A stretch of 63,373 nucleotides of DNA, filler included. It is 7 parts of 7 records of this genome, joined end to end, with 100 filler letters (N's around TTAATTAATTAA, not from the genome) between each part and the next. Parts side by side here need not be neighbours in the genome. Positions count along the whole stretch, not along the records: positions 50,214 to 55,565 come from SRR31147125_42467; positions 55,666 to 63,373 come from SRR31147125_42493; 5 more parts are not named here. One strand, written 5' to 3'. The notes beneath the pieces were generated by a model that did no database searches, was not told the origin of the DNA, and was given only the letters and a program-made list of their open reading frames with translations. Shown here in pieces: positions 52,185 to 63,348 of the stretch. How positions within the stretch are numbered: position 1 is the first letter of the stretch; each line of letters starts with the position of its first letter. The position numbers were made by a program, and so were the translations under genes.

Positions 52185-53618
52185 TTAATCTTTATACAAT
52201 ACAATTAATTTATGATTTTCATCAAATTCCTCAACTTTGCTTACCTTTAGCTGATTATTAGAAGCAGAAAGCCATATTAATTTTAAATCATTACTATACC
52301 ATTGGTTAATAACAACTTTTGCTATTTTGCCGTTTTTATGATAGTAGATACCTCCGCTGATATTATCCTGGGTTGCTTTGTCTGCTTTGCCGTAAAATGC
52401 ATTGGATGTAAAAAGCAAAGATACAGGATACTGTGCAAGGTCTCCAGTCTCTTTTAATACGCTGATAGTGCAAAATGTACCATCAAGAATGGCTTTATTA
52501 TCATAAGCAAAATGCAGCTTATATTTATCTATGCGGGTGGGGTAGATTTTGCTGACTAAGGTGGCAGCTTTATATATGTATTTATTTAATGACATAATAT
52601 CTTTAATGGCTTTAGCTTTGCTTTTGCCTGATAAAATATATCTTCTGTCACCTTCTATATCTATAGTTTGCATCTCGTTTACATTAAAGCCCAAATTGCT
52701 GATTATATTTTTAATTTGCTCATCGTACAAATAGCCTTTGTAGCTTTCCCATGATGTACCAGATGGTTTTTTAGATGTGCTTTTAGATTTTGCTGGCTTA
52801 ACAGGATTAGCCCTGTTAGATTTTACATTTGTTACTTGGGCATTTATATCCATAGTTTTAGCTTTGTTTGCATTAATATTTTCTGTATGCATTTTTGTTG
52901 CATTTGAAACAATATTTTTAATATCATCAGCATCAATGGATGATATATTGTAGGTTGTTTTTGTGGTGTGAATTACTTTTTTTGTTTTGCTGGCTGGTTT
53001 AGTGAATTTACTATAGTCTGAGGTATAATTCATATCATAAAAATAAGATAGTAAATATAAAACAAGAAGTATTAAAAATATGGCAAGGGTAATAACTATA
53101 CCATCATAATTTCCACTATTACTTGCAAATGCGAATACAATCCAAAAAATAATAAATATTATAATAGTTGTTGCAGTCAATATATTTGTTCTATTTGATA
53201 GAGGGCTCTTGATTACTGGAGGCAAGGGAATGGATAATGATATAATAAACAAGATACCAAAAAAAACAGAAAAGCCCAAATACGTGAAAAATTCATAATC
53301 CCAAAATTCAATCCAGAATAATGATAAAATAAAGCATACAGCGCCGGCTCCAAAAAGCAAAAATCTGGAGGTATATAATATTGCAATTTTTAGTTGTTTT
53401 GGGTTTGATGCTTTTTTAGTCTGTGGAGAAATTGTTTTAGAGCCACTACCACGCAAATGTGAAACCAGAGATATTAAAAACATAATAAAAAATATTATAC
53501 ACAAAACTAAAAAAGCTAAAAAGACCGTAAGGCTGGCGTTAAAGGCAAAAATAAAAGATAGAATTATAAGTGACAGGGAGACTATAAATAGTTTTATCGT
53601 TTTGGATAGTTTCTTCAT
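52185..53618 (-). CDS. Hypothetical protein, ~6 N-terminal TM helices + K/S/T-rich linker + soluble domain
   Basis: 477-aa ORF with consistent AT-rich codon usage; AAGGA RBS. Confidence 0.65.
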   Translation of the reverse strand: MKKLSKTIKLFIVSLSLIILSFIFAFNASLTVFLAFLVLCIIFFIMFLISLVSHLRGSGSKTISPQTKKASNPKQLKIAILYTSRFLLFGAGAVCFILSLFWIEFWDYEFFTYLGFSVFFGILFIISLSIPLPPVIKSPLSNRTNILTATTIIIFIIFWIVFAFASNSGNYDGIVITLAIFLILLVLYLLSYFYDMNYTSDYSKFTKPASKTKKVIHTTKTTYNISSIDADDIKNIVSNATKMHTENINANKAKTMDINAQVTNVKSNRANPVKPAKSKSTSKKPSGTSWESYKGYLYDEQIKNIISNLGFNVNEMQTIDIEGDRRYILSGKSKAKAIKDIMSLNKYIYKAATLVSKIYPTRIDKYKLHFAYDNKAILDGTFCTISVLKETGDLAQYPVSLLFTSNAFYGKADKATQDNISGGIYYHKNGKIAKVVINQWYSNDLKLIWLSASNNQLKVSKVEEFDENHKLIVLYKD

Positions 53619-53760
53619 ATAAATATAAATTTCCTTAAATATACATTGTAAGATATAATAATATTATAAGGTAATAAGATAGATATTACAAATAAATGAT
53701 ATAAAAATGGGGGTATTTAAAGGGGCTGGGACAGCCCCATAAAATATGTTTTAATGTATA

Positions 53761-54354
53761 CTATGGCACATAAATTTCGCACATGGATTTTATTGTGCCA
53801 TCTTCAATATAAACATTGAAAATATTGTTTTGTGCCGTTTCTAAATAGTCAGATAGATCCTCTACAGGGAATCCGTAATAGAATGTATCCTCTGTAATTA
53901 AAAAAGTATATACAATCGCATCTTCAGCAGCATCATATGGTGCTGGTTCCTCTGTTTTGTTTTCATATTCAAATGGATCGGTTTCTGTTATTTCGATATC
54001 ATCAAGCATAATTGTTCCATCGGATACAGAGACTAAATAGGGTGCGTATAAATCTGCATCTTTATCTAATGAAGGCTCGACAATACTTGAATCGCCGTAG
54101 ACTACAATACTGTCCATAATGGATGATTTTATTGTGTCAATATCGGCATTTTGATCCACAGATTTTATGTAATCTAGAAATTCCTGTTTAATATCTGGAG
54201 CTTGTGTAGGAGCATCTGTAGCAGGATCTGTTTCGCTTGGTTCGGTCACTTTGGGTGTTGGAGTTGGCGCTGGATCTGATGTTTGCTCGCAGCCGCTGAA
54301 AATTAAGGCTGTAAGCAGCAATACAAATACTAATGATTTAATTGATTTTCTCAT
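53761..54354 (-). CDS. Acidic lipoprotein
   Basis: Lipobox FSGC, P/T linker, ends EIYVP. Confidence 0.75.
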   Translation of the reverse strand: MRKSIKSLVFVLLLTALIFSGCEQTSDPAPTPTPKVTEPSETDPATDAPTQAPDIKQEFLDYIKSVDQNADIDTIKSSIMDSIVVYGDSSIVEPSLDKDADLYAPYLVSVSDGTIMLDDIEITETDPFEYENKTEEPAPYDAAEDAIVYTFLITEDTFYYGFPVEDLSDYLETAQNNIFNVYIEDGTIKSMCEIYVP

Positions 54355-54511
54355 AAGTTTTCATCCTTTTCATAATAGATATTATTTATTATTATCTATT
54401 TTGCATAATTTATTACTTGTAGTATTGTAAACTGTATTAATATATAGAATCCCAGATTATAAAATAATCTGGGATATATTTGATTATTGATTGCAGCAGA
54501 TAATCTATATA

Positions 54512-55291
54512 TTAGTAAACTTGAATTTCTTCAAGTATTTTTTCAAACCTTGAGGACTGACCAGCAATAAATTCTGCAGGTGCATACATAGCTAAGACAT
54601 ATGTTTTGCTATCTATTGATTTTATTCGTGCAAGACCTGATTGCAAAGATGCAAGTTTCATCTCTTCGTCATTATCTAAAGGAGCATCAGCATTAATATA
54701 AATAATTTCCAGTCCCCCTAATATGTCATCTCCTAGCATATTTTTGCTTTCAAGTATATATTCCTGATCAGCAAAATAGCTGTCAGTCAGTTCTTGAATT
54801 TCTTGTATTTGTTCTTCCCCAGTACCATCAATTGCATATAGAATTACAGCAGCTACTTTGGAATCGTTTGTATATGCTTTTATAAACTCTCTTCCCTGGA
54901 AGATTTCTGTTTCTACCAAATAGACAGAAGGCATATAAGTTAAAACCCTAAAGTTTTCGTTATAGACTAGTTTAAATTCCTCTTCCTGCTTCATTCCTTC
55001 CATATACATATCTACGAGTTTACTTTCTGTGCTTTGCGGTACAATATTTGTATTATTATCTGTGGTTTGGTCTGTGGTTTCATCTGTGGTTTCATCTGTG
55101 GGTTCATCTGTGTTTTCGATTGGTTTTTCTGTTTCAATTACTATAGGTGTTTCGGCTTCTGTACTGTCTTCAATTATCTCAGTAGGCTCTTGTGTTATAG
55201 CAGATTGAAAACATCCACTTGTGAATAGTATAATTGTTAATACCATGACAATTATTTTTGAGACATTTTTAATATTCATTATTTTCTCCAT
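54512..55291 (-). CDS. Acidic lipoprotein with TDETT repeats
   Basis: Lipobox TSGC, T/E/D linker with 12-nt repeats at ~55061-55112. Confidence 0.75.
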   Translation of the reverse strand: MEKIMNIKNVSKIIVMVLTIILFTSGCFQSAITQEPTEIIEDSTEAETPIVIETEKPIENTDEPTDETTDETTDQTTDNNTNIVPQSTESKLVDMYMEGMKQEEEFKLVYNENFRVLTYMPSVYLVETEIFQGREFIKAYTNDSKVAAVILYAIDGTGEEQIQEIQELTDSYFADQEYILESKNMLGDDILGGLEIIYINADAPLDNDEEMKLASLQSGLARIKSIDSKTYVLAMYAPAEFIAGQSSRFEKILEEIQVY

Positions 55292-55538
55292 TCTTTTTTA
55301 GTCTGCAAATATACAAAATAGAATCTTATCATTTTCCAAATGTAATTGATGCTAAATTGATTTTGATTGCACACTAGAATTTTAGTATACACATACTCGA
55401 TTAAGAGACACTGGTGTACTACATGATATAGTACAGCATATACGCCTATTAGTCAATAGTAAAATCTAAATTTACCTAGTTTGTAATAAAATCGAAAATG
55501 TAAGTATAGTTTGAATGCTGCAATTGTAAATAATAACA

Positions 55539-55565
55539 GGGACTGTTGAAAAATAGAAATTTTTC
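55539..55565. repeat. Second copy of the inverted-repeat element end, at the contig break
   Basis: GGGACTGTTGAAAAATAGAAATTTTTC. Confidence 0.5.
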
Positions 55566-55665
55566 NNNNNNNNNNNNNNNNNNNNNNNNNNNNNNNNNNN
55601 NNNNNNNNNTTAATTAATTAANNNNNNNNNNNNNNNNNNNNNNNNNNNNNNNNNNNNNNNNNNNN
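55566..55665. other. Artificial contig linker
   Basis: N44-TTAATTAATTAA-N44. Confidence 0.98.
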
Positions 55666-56153
55666 TTTTTGCCAATCCAGCTGGCACACCATTCAGCTTG
55701 TTGCAATAATCCCATCTCAAACCAGGCGATTTCACTAAATGGGGAGGCATTGCCTTCTTTATCCCATGTTCTAACTTTCCAGTAATATCTTTCACGAGAT
55801 GCCAGAGGCGATCCATTATAAACCACATGAACAGATTGATCCGATTTAATTTGACCACTATCCCACATATCGCCTTTATTTTCCTCAAGTCGTTTTTCGC
55901 TACTCGATACAATAATTTGATAGGCAGACTGGGCTGCGCTGCGTCTTGTATCCGAAACAATCCAGGAAAATCGTGGGTGTAAAACATCCAGGCCTAACGG
56001 ATTTGTCTGATATTCACAGCGCAATTCCTGTGGTGAATTTTGGGTATAACTCGTTTTTGTGCAAAAAGCAAAACAAAGACTCAGATTAATGATACACACC
56101 AGTATCAGGAATCTTTTATTTAAACTCGGCAGTTTCTTTATTTTATTAATCAA
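55666..56153 (-). CDS. Alpha-L-rhamnosidase (GH78)-type N-terminal domain, cut by contig end
   Basis: LRCEYQTNPLGLD..PRFSW, QSAYQIIV, WDSG, YYWKVRTW, FEMGLL. Confidence 0.8.
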
Positions 56154-56383
56154 TTTGCCTCCCTAAAATTCTGGTAAAAACATGATCGTCTGTATCGTTT
56201 TTACTATGACGACAAGATCGTATCAAACAAATCCGGATACTCTGATTTACCAATTACATTATATTTTAATGGGTACAACCTGCAAAAGCCCATAAAGACA
56301 GAACTCATACCCCGGTAACCTCATCTTTATGAAGCAGGATCACCGGGTTGCTATCTATCGAAAAATAAATTTGATGTTTCGAA

Positions 56384-57433
56384 TTATTCCTCAACATAAG
56401 AAGGATTTTCACCAACATTCATAATTTCATCAGGTGTCGCTGTTCCGGTTGTACCAATTTTTTTAATGGTGACAGCAGAAACATAGTTACCCAATTGAAC
56501 AGCTTCTTCCAATTTTGCACCTGATGCCAGAGAGGCTGCGAGACCAGCAAGGAAACTGTCTCCTGCACCAACCGTATCTATCTTTCCTTCTACCAATATA
56601 CCCGGCACTTCTACGGCTCCATCATCTGAACATACGACACAACCATGGGCGCCTCTTGTAACAACAAGAGGTTGTTGATGTCTTGCGTAAATAGCATCGA
56701 TTGCTTCGAGAACTTCTTCTCGTTCCACCAGTTCCAACGCATCCTTTTCTTTGCCACATAATTTCAGAGCTTCATGATCGTTAATTTTCAACCATGCATC
56801 ATTATACTTGTTACGCACATTTCGTCCATCAAAAACAAAAATATTATCCTTGTGGTCACTGATCAGTTTAGCCAGCTTGTCCTGCAAATAGGGAGTATGA
56901 ATACCACTCAACACCTGCTCGTTAACAATGACAAGATCCAACAACGACAAACTGGATTCCAGCTGATCCAAAAGAGTTTGAGCCAGAGAATCCGGTAATT
57001 TATTAAAATTTCCCATATCAATTCTCTGCAACTCTTCATCGCCAATATATGGTTTGCAATAGGCTAGTGTTTGCCAATCATTGCTATCACTAATCAGCAG
57101 ATTATCAGTGTTAACTTTTTTTTCTTTCATAATGGAAAGCATTTTCTGACCAGCTGGATCATCACCAACAATACCAAAAGTGAATATTTCTCCAACACCA
57201 AGACTGACCAGATTGGCGACAACATTACCTGCTCCCCCCAAAGAATAGCGTTGATCCTTCACTGGTTGAGTCATTTTATTGGTCTCTACAGATCGCTCAC
57301 TGGCTGACATATCGATATCCCAATAGACATCCAAACAAAAATCTCCTATGACGCCAATCTTTATATTACTGACATTTTTTAAAATTTCACTTAACCTATC
57401 TTTTGTTAATGAGGTAAAAACACTGTATTGCAT
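56384..57433 (-). CDS. PfkB-family sugar kinase (HldE/RfaE kinase-like)
   Basis: GDFCLDVY, GGAGNV, NDHEA, VTRG, DTVGAGD. Confidence 0.85.
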   Translation of the reverse strand: MQYSVFTSLTKDRLSEILKNVSNIKIGVIGDFCLDVYWDIDMSASERSVETNKMTQPVKDQRYSLGGAGNVVANLVSLGVGEIFTFGIVGDDPAGQKMLSIMKEKKVNTDNLLISDSNDWQTLAYCKPYIGDEELQRIDMGNFNKLPDSLAQTLLDQLESSLSLLDLVIVNEQVLSGIHTPYLQDKLAKLISDHKDNIFVFDGRNVRNKYNDAWLKINDHEALKLCGKEKDALELVEREEVLEAIDAIYARHQQPLVVTRGAHGCVVCSDDGAVEVPGILVEGKIDTVGAGDSFLAGLAASLASGAKLEEAVQLGNYVSAVTIKKIGTTGTATPDEIMNVGENPSYVEE

Positions 57434-57625
57434 TCCAAGTCCTTTCTATTGTTTAAATAATCAAATATTAACACCTAAATACCCGATAATATGTCAATTC
57501 ACATTTCTAAAAATCCGAATTTCCTTCGTGAGAATCCAGAACTATATTACAAAATTACATGTAGATATTCGTATTATCATCATCAAATTACCTACTCCCA
57601 GGATAAAATTATTTCATATGCTACA

Positions 57626-60600
57626 CTAATTAAACATTTTCACTTTAAATGATCGTATTTCATGTGGTTTTATATCGAATCGGAATTCCTTGTTTCCTGA
57701 TTTGATTGTATCCAGCTTGTCCTCAATCAAATTGACTTCTGTAATACCGGCAAGAGTGCGATCAAACCTGACAACCGCCTGACATGCCTTGCCAGCTGTT
57801 TCATAAAGACGAACTATCCAGTCCTGATCGTCTTCCGACTTTTTTAAAGCATTCAAAATGATATTGTCCGGCTCAACCTGAATAAAAGAATGTATTTTTG
57901 CAAGGGATCCTTTGTGTATGCTGGTACGAAAAACTCGCAAAGGCTCATTAAATTCAAATCCCTGACGTACGACTCTGCCCTGATAAAAATCACCCTGATG
58001 TGGATACAACGCATATTTAAAATCGTGGTATCCCCTGTCTGCCAGAGGATCCGGATACGTTGGTGCACGAAGGAGTGACAGGCGCATGATATTGCCCTTG
58101 ATATCGTAACCATGTTTACAATCATTGATCAAACTGACACCCCACTCATTGTCTGACAAGTCTGCCCATCGCTGCGCCGATACCTCAAACTGTGCTTTTT
58201 CGAATCGTGTCTCGTTTCCGGTAGATCTCTCTATACTGCCATAGGGAATTTCATATCTGGCTGTTTTGGACTGAACATTAACCGGAAAGGCCACTTTTAA
58301 CATTTTTTGATCTTCCCACCACATAATATGATTATCTACCTCCATATAAGGCACATCATCATAAAGGGAAATGTATTGCGTAAAGAATGACGTTGGAAAA
58401 TCTTTTGTCGGTTCACGTCTCTCCTTTCCGGCAAACGCCTGCACAACTTTAATCGTGGCGCGTACCGGGCCAAATTCAATGAGAGACACTTCTCTGGCTT
58501 TATCCAGATCAATGTCAGGTTCATTATATCGGATAGTCCATGCATCTTTCGAACTGTTTGGTAAAAGTTGTAAAAGATTTCCACGTGGTTCCGATAAAAC
58601 CTCTCTCTTGTTTATCAAGTCAGTAATTTTCGTTATTAAACCTGAGGATTTATCAAAATCGATTTTTAAATAGCCATTCTCTAAATGTTTTCTGGTAAAA
58701 CTAAGCATATTTGTACCGGCATTTGAATTCTTTTCCACCAGACGATAAACCTTATACCCGAGAGAAGGTATATCCCTTGCTAAAAACAAGAGTCTGGCTC
58801 CGAGAGCTGTCCTGTCAATTTTCTGCACCGGAATAGAATTTCCATATTCATCCAGCACACTCCAGTTTTTGTCCTTTTCAAGATCATCTAATTCCATTTC
58901 CACTGGACTTGTTCTGGACCAGGATAAAGGATTAAAAATGACTAACGGTTCTCCTGTCCCCCGGGTATCGATATTTTTAACAAATTTTTCAGAAGCGCGT
59001 TTCAGAATAAGCTGTGACAACTTTTCACTTTCAGTGTATTCTTTTTCCGTGTCATGATAAACAACATTTTCAGAGGTTCCTGGAAGAATATCATGAAAGT
59101 GATTGAACATCAACGTTCGCCACACACTAAAAATATTTTCCTTCGGGTATTCATAATCAAATAATCCGGCAATAGTAGCGACCTTTTCTGCTGTTTTTAT
59201 GAGTTCCTGTCCCTTGCGATTATGTTTTTTCGTATTCGCCTGTGATGTGGTGACACCTCGCAACCGTTCCAGATAAAGTTCATCGTTCCAGGTTGGTATT
59301 TTTGCCTTTTCTTCGCTGGTGATGGAATCAAAAAAATCCTGGGATGTGACAAGGTTCATCTCCGGATAAGCAGGCACATTTTTCGCCACCATAGCCCGCT
59401 CCAGCATTTCCATGGTCGGGCCACCACCGTGATTACCAACACCATACAACACCAATTCTTTACCGAGATTCAGTTCAGTCTTTTCCTCTGCAAGAAAATC
59501 AATCAGTTGTTCCCCATTCAAATCATGCATATAGCCATCTCTGGGGATATAAGCCATCACCTTGCTTCCGTCCGGGCCCTGCCACCAGAAAAATCGCATT
59601 GGTTTGCCATTTTCATCTGTGAGATGACATCTTTTTGTGATAAACGCTTCGAACCCACTTTTGGCAAGTATTTGGGGTAAATTCCAGTTAAAACCAAAAG
59701 AGTCAGGCACCCAACACACCTTGACATCCACACCAAACTTTTTTCTGAAATATCGTTTACCGTAAAGAGATTGTCGAACGAATCCTTCACCTGACGGAAG
59801 ATTACAATCGGGCTCGACCCATTGGCCGCCCATAATTTCCCATTTACCTTCTTTAACCTTTTCCTGAATGTGCTTAAATAGTTTTGGGTCCTCATTTTCC
59901 AGCCATTCATAGGCATGAGCTTGTCCCATACTGTATTTAAAATCAGGAAAACGGTCCATAATATTCAGTACAGAACTGCTGGTATTACGAACAACCTCCA
60001 CAGACTCGTCCCATGGCCACAACCAGGCCAGATCAATATGAGCGTATCCAGCACCATATATATGATAGTTCTTTTGAAGCTCGTCCTGAAGTTTTTTTAA
60101 CGCTTTTCCTTCATTGTCAAATGCGGCCAGGAATCCCTGTTCATCACCCATTTTAAAGGCTTTTGATTCCATAACTCTTTCTGTGACGTTGTCTATCTCT
60201 TTTATCCAATAATCGGCATTATTCGTCAACTTTTTAGCAGCTCTTTTGGCAATCATTAAACCCCACACTTTTTCCTGAAGTCTCCTTTGAAAATCAACCA
60301 TACCACTGAATACGACGCGATATTCACTGACTTTACCCCAACCCGGCTTGTTGATACCACGAACTGCAAGGACCAGTTTTTCTCCGGCTTTTAATTTTTC
60401 CGAAATAACAAACTCTGCGGTTCCCCATTCAAAGCTGCCAAGAGAATCGCCGTTTACAAATACATCACCACCATTGTCTATATACAGGTATAGGGTCATT
60501 TTTCGTCCAACCAGAGAAAATCCCCCCACCTTTTCCGGGATAGTCACCGTGCTTCGAAACCAGACATTGGTGTTGCCCTGACTCCATTTAAAGCCTGGAT

Positions 60601-60814
60601 AGGTGATATCCCAGGCAGAATCATCCAAATCAACAGCTTCACCACCCGGCTCGCCACCCATTTGGTACCTTAATTCACCCACACCGCCAAATGCGAGCAG
60701 GTTGAGTGTCTCCATATAATCTTTTTGAGGAGAAGCGGCACTCGCAAAAGATGAAAATCCAATAAACAAAAGAATGAGCCAAACCATATTTAAATCCCTG
60801 ATTAATTTTAACAA
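57626..60814 (-). CDS. Alpha-mannosidase (GH38), secreted
   Basis: HIDLAWLW, GGQWVEPD, WVPDSFG, HGGGP, FHDILPGT, LSLLR. Confidence 0.92.
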   Translation of the reverse strand: MLKLIRDLNMVWLILLFIGFSSFASAASPQKDYMETLNLLAFGGVGELRYQMGGEPGGEAVDLDDSAWDITYPGFKWSQGNTNVWFRSTVTIPEKVGGFSLVGRKMTLYLYIDNGGDVFVNGDSLGSFEWGTAEFVISEKLKAGEKLVLAVRGINKPGWGKVSEYRVVFSGMVDFQRRLQEKVWGLMIAKRAAKKLTNNADYWIKEIDNVTERVMESKAFKMGDEQGFLAAFDNEGKALKKLQDELQKNYHIYGAGYAHIDLAWLWPWDESVEVVRNTSSSVLNIMDRFPDFKYSMGQAHAYEWLENEDPKLFKHIQEKVKEGKWEIMGGQWVEPDCNLPSGEGFVRQSLYGKRYFRKKFGVDVKVCWVPDSFGFNWNLPQILAKSGFEAFITKRCHLTDENGKPMRFFWWQGPDGSKVMAYIPRDGYMHDLNGEQLIDFLAEEKTELNLGKELVLYGVGNHGGGPTMEMLERAMVAKNVPAYPEMNLVTSQDFFDSITSEEKAKIPTWNDELYLERLRGVTTSQANTKKHNRKGQELIKTAEKVATIAGLFDYEYPKENIFSVWRTLMFNHFHDILPGTSENVVYHDTEKEYTESEKLSQLILKRASEKFVKNIDTRGTGEPLVIFNPLSWSRTSPVEMELDDLEKDKNWSVLDEYGNSIPVQKIDRTALGARLLFLARDIPSLGYKVYRLVEKNSNAGTNMLSFTRKHLENGYLKIDFDKSSGLITKITDLINKREVLSEPRGNLLQLLPNSSKDAWTIRYNEPDIDLDKAREVSLIEFGPVRATIKVVQAFAGKERREPTKDFPTSFFTQYISLYDDVPYMEVDNHIMWWEDQKMLKVAFPVNVQSKTARYEIPYGSIERSTGNETRFEKAQFEVSAQRWADLSDNEWGVSLINDCKHGYDIKGNIMRLSLLRAPTYPDPLADRGYHDFKYALYPHQGDFYQGRVVRQGFEFNEPLRVFRTSIHKGSLAKIHSFIQVEPDNIILNALKKSEDDQDWIVRLYETAGKACQAVVRFDRTLAGITEVNLIEDKLDTIKSGNKEFRFDIKPHEIRSFKVKMFN

Positions 60815-60900
60815 ATAATTAGTTTAATTACATTATGTTACAAAAACAATAAACCCATCAATATGTTAACAGATTCCAATAGTAGCCATTATATATTTGT

Positions 60901-63348
60901 TTATTTCACACGAGGTATCTTTAGAATACGCTCGTTTTCAACACCGTTGATAATAAATTGATTTCTCTTCAGAATCGTGTTTCTATTCGGATTCCACTTT
61001 TCAAGTTCGATGCCGGTTAAACCCAATAGAAATATCTGTGCTTTTTTCTGTGGATCACTATTGATAAAATCCAGGTTTACAATTTCTTTTTCCGGATAGG
61101 GATTGATCCATTCATATAAAAACAGGTTCTCGCTATAGGAACGTCGATTGTACTGTCCCCAAAAACGTTTATCCAAAGGATTTTGCACCATCAAATCCGG
61201 GTAATAATAACGAACCAGTGTCGGTCCAAAATAGTCAAAGATCGTGATCTGGTAACGCAGTGGAATGTGTTCTATCGAGCCGTCATTGTATTTGACTTTG
61301 TATTCTCCCAGGATTTCCGTTTCCGGTGTGATAAATTTTTCCAATCCACCAGAAGCCCTGGAGCCAGCATCTATCACAGTATGAGCAAAACAAAGACTGG
61401 CTGCTTTAAAGCCTAATTTAATATCTGGTATTTGAAAATCGGTTTCCGGACCTGTGGACACCAGAGATTCGTTATCTGTTTTTAGGGAAGGTAGATTTAC
61501 TGGTATTCCATCATAATTGTTCATTCCTTCCTGCAGGCGACTAAAATCGTATCGTTTATGAATACTCTGCAATTGTCCTGCAGGCGGCACATTTGCGTAG
61601 GAAGCCAAATCCACGATATGATGCTTTGTTTTATTTTGTTGCATGGACGGATACAGATTATGAGATAATTGACCACGAAAATGACGCACAGCCCTTTGCA
61701 TCAGCTTTTCAATAGAATCTGCGCGGTTATTCTCATAACCTGCCCACCATAGCAGGTTGGAACTATATATATGACTGTAAAGATTCGTATCATGGGCAAA
61801 ACCATACTCTTTGGTCACAGTCCAGTTGGAAACAAATCCACCCATGACATTGGAAATCCGGCTTCGGTACTCCCAATGAGCCATATTGGAACTAAAATTA
61901 CCAAAGATGACACGAAATCCCTTGTCTGCAAAATAATGCTGTGTGTATGGTCCCAAACCATGATACCAATCCACCATCACAATATCTCTGGGAATTTGTT
62001 CGATTGCCGGATAGATCTCGGGCATGAACCACTCCCCACCTTTGACACGATTAGGCCAGCGTTTCTCTATTCCCCCATAACGTACGCCAAGAGCACCGGG
62101 AATGTTGAGAAATTCTTTCGCCCACATCATGACCTTGACGCCTCTGGCTGTCAAATAATCATGTATTTTAATAATATCACCGGCAAACAGATCCGGTGCA
62201 TGTTTGCCTTTACAACGCTCACACATGGCAAAGGTATAAGCTTCATCATGACCAATATGCACCCATTCCGGCTGGAACACATCCAGTACTTCGTCAATCA
62301 CGTCAAATAATAATTCATACGTAGCCGGATTAGAAGGACAATAGGTATCCGGATAGGGATCATCCTGATTTTCTGCCAGTTCTTTGTGATTTACCAGCAA
62401 ATAATCACTATGACTAAAGGAGGGCACTTCCGGCAAAATATTAATATAACGGGATTTGGCGTATTGAACAAGTTCTCTCACCTCTTCCTGAGTGATAAAA
62501 CTGCCACCTCCCAATGCATGATGAATAGCATTTTTCGGACGGCCCTGGGATTCCTGGACAGCATGTCCACCTCCGGGAGTGCTGTAGACCAGGTCAATAA
62601 AATCCTGCCACCCCTGATTGATCTCAGGATGCTTCTTATATTCCATGCCACCGGCTACTTCGACGATAAGGTGATTGTATTTTAACTCGGCCAGATAATC
62701 AATCAGATCGTGATAAAACGGGAGATCATCCCTCCCCGGCATCATAACATGTAAACCGCGAAAATCTTGATGCGGCCAGTCGTAAATTAGGCAGTTTTGA
62801 ATTTTCCATTTATCGTTTTCCAAATTGATCAATTGCGAAAGAGTCTGTAATCCGTAAAATAATCCGGTATGTCCTCCTCCTCTGAGAATTATTCCATCTG
62901 AAGTGATATGCAGCACATACCCTTCTAATTTCTGCGTTTCTCGCGGGGCATCCATCTGGCATTTTTCAAAGAGAACGTTGTTATCCAAAGACAGGAGAAT
63001 TGTTATATTCTGCCTTTTTATGTCAGAATATCCTTTTTCTTCAACAGAAACAGATTCAAAACCCTTACCTTTCATCCTCCGGATCCAATTATCGATAGAC
63101 TTTTCCAACTTTTCATTTGCGGGAAAATCCTTTATCAGGACAATTCCTTTGGAAATTTCCAAAAAAGACGATTCCCAGGTCACTTTTTGCGGCAAAGGAC
63201 ACAGCATAGGAGCCTCGGCATCAAAGATGGCTTGAATTCCCTCGGGCCATTCCCGCCCATCCAGCCCGTAAACGGACATACCTGTTGTCAATAGAAAGAA
63301 TGTTAATAATGACAAAACTAACCGATGGCCGGCTCTGTTTATACCCAT
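60901..63348 (-). CDS. GH20 beta-N-acetylhexosaminidase-family protein, secreted
   Basis: EGYVL, GLFYGLQTL, DWP...RG, PEVPSFSH, catalytic HIGHDE. Confidence 0.88.
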   Translation of the reverse strand: MGINRAGHRLVLSLLTFFLLTTGMSVYGLDGREWPEGIQAIFDAEAPMLCPLPQKVTWESSFLEISKGIVLIKDFPANEKLEKSIDNWIRRMKGKGFESVSVEEKGYSDIKRQNITILLSLDNNVLFEKCQMDAPRETQKLEGYVLHITSDGIILRGGGHTGLFYGLQTLSQLINLENDKWKIQNCLIYDWPHQDFRGLHVMMPGRDDLPFYHDLIDYLAELKYNHLIVEVAGGMEYKKHPEINQGWQDFIDLVYSTPGGGHAVQESQGRPKNAIHHALGGGSFITQEEVRELVQYAKSRYINILPEVPSFSHSDYLLVNHKELAENQDDPYPDTYCPSNPATYELLFDVIDEVLDVFQPEWVHIGHDEAYTFAMCERCKGKHAPDLFAGDIIKIHDYLTARGVKVMMWAKEFLNIPGALGVRYGGIEKRWPNRVKGGEWFMPEIYPAIEQIPRDIVMVDWYHGLGPYTQHYFADKGFRVIFGNFSSNMAHWEYRSRISNVMGGFVSNWTVTKEYGFAHDTNLYSHIYSSNLLWWAGYENNRADSIEKLMQRAVRHFRGQLSHNLYPSMQQNKTKHHIVDLASYANVPPAGQLQSIHKRYDFSRLQEGMNNYDGIPVNLPSLKTDNESLVSTGPETDFQIPDIKLGFKAASLCFAHTVIDAGSRASGGLEKFITPETEILGEYKVKYNDGSIEHIPLRYQITIFDYFGPTLVRYYYPDLMVQNPLDKRFWGQYNRRSYSENLFLYEWINPYPEKEIVNLDFINSDPQKKAQIFLLGLTGIELEKWNPNRNTILKRNQFIINGVENERILKIPRVK

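Noticed and set aside
12428-55665. TTAATTAATTAA motif repeated six times within N runs
   Set aside because: Identical 100-nt six-frame-stop linker added during concatenation. It is not biological, and no gene context should be inferred across it.
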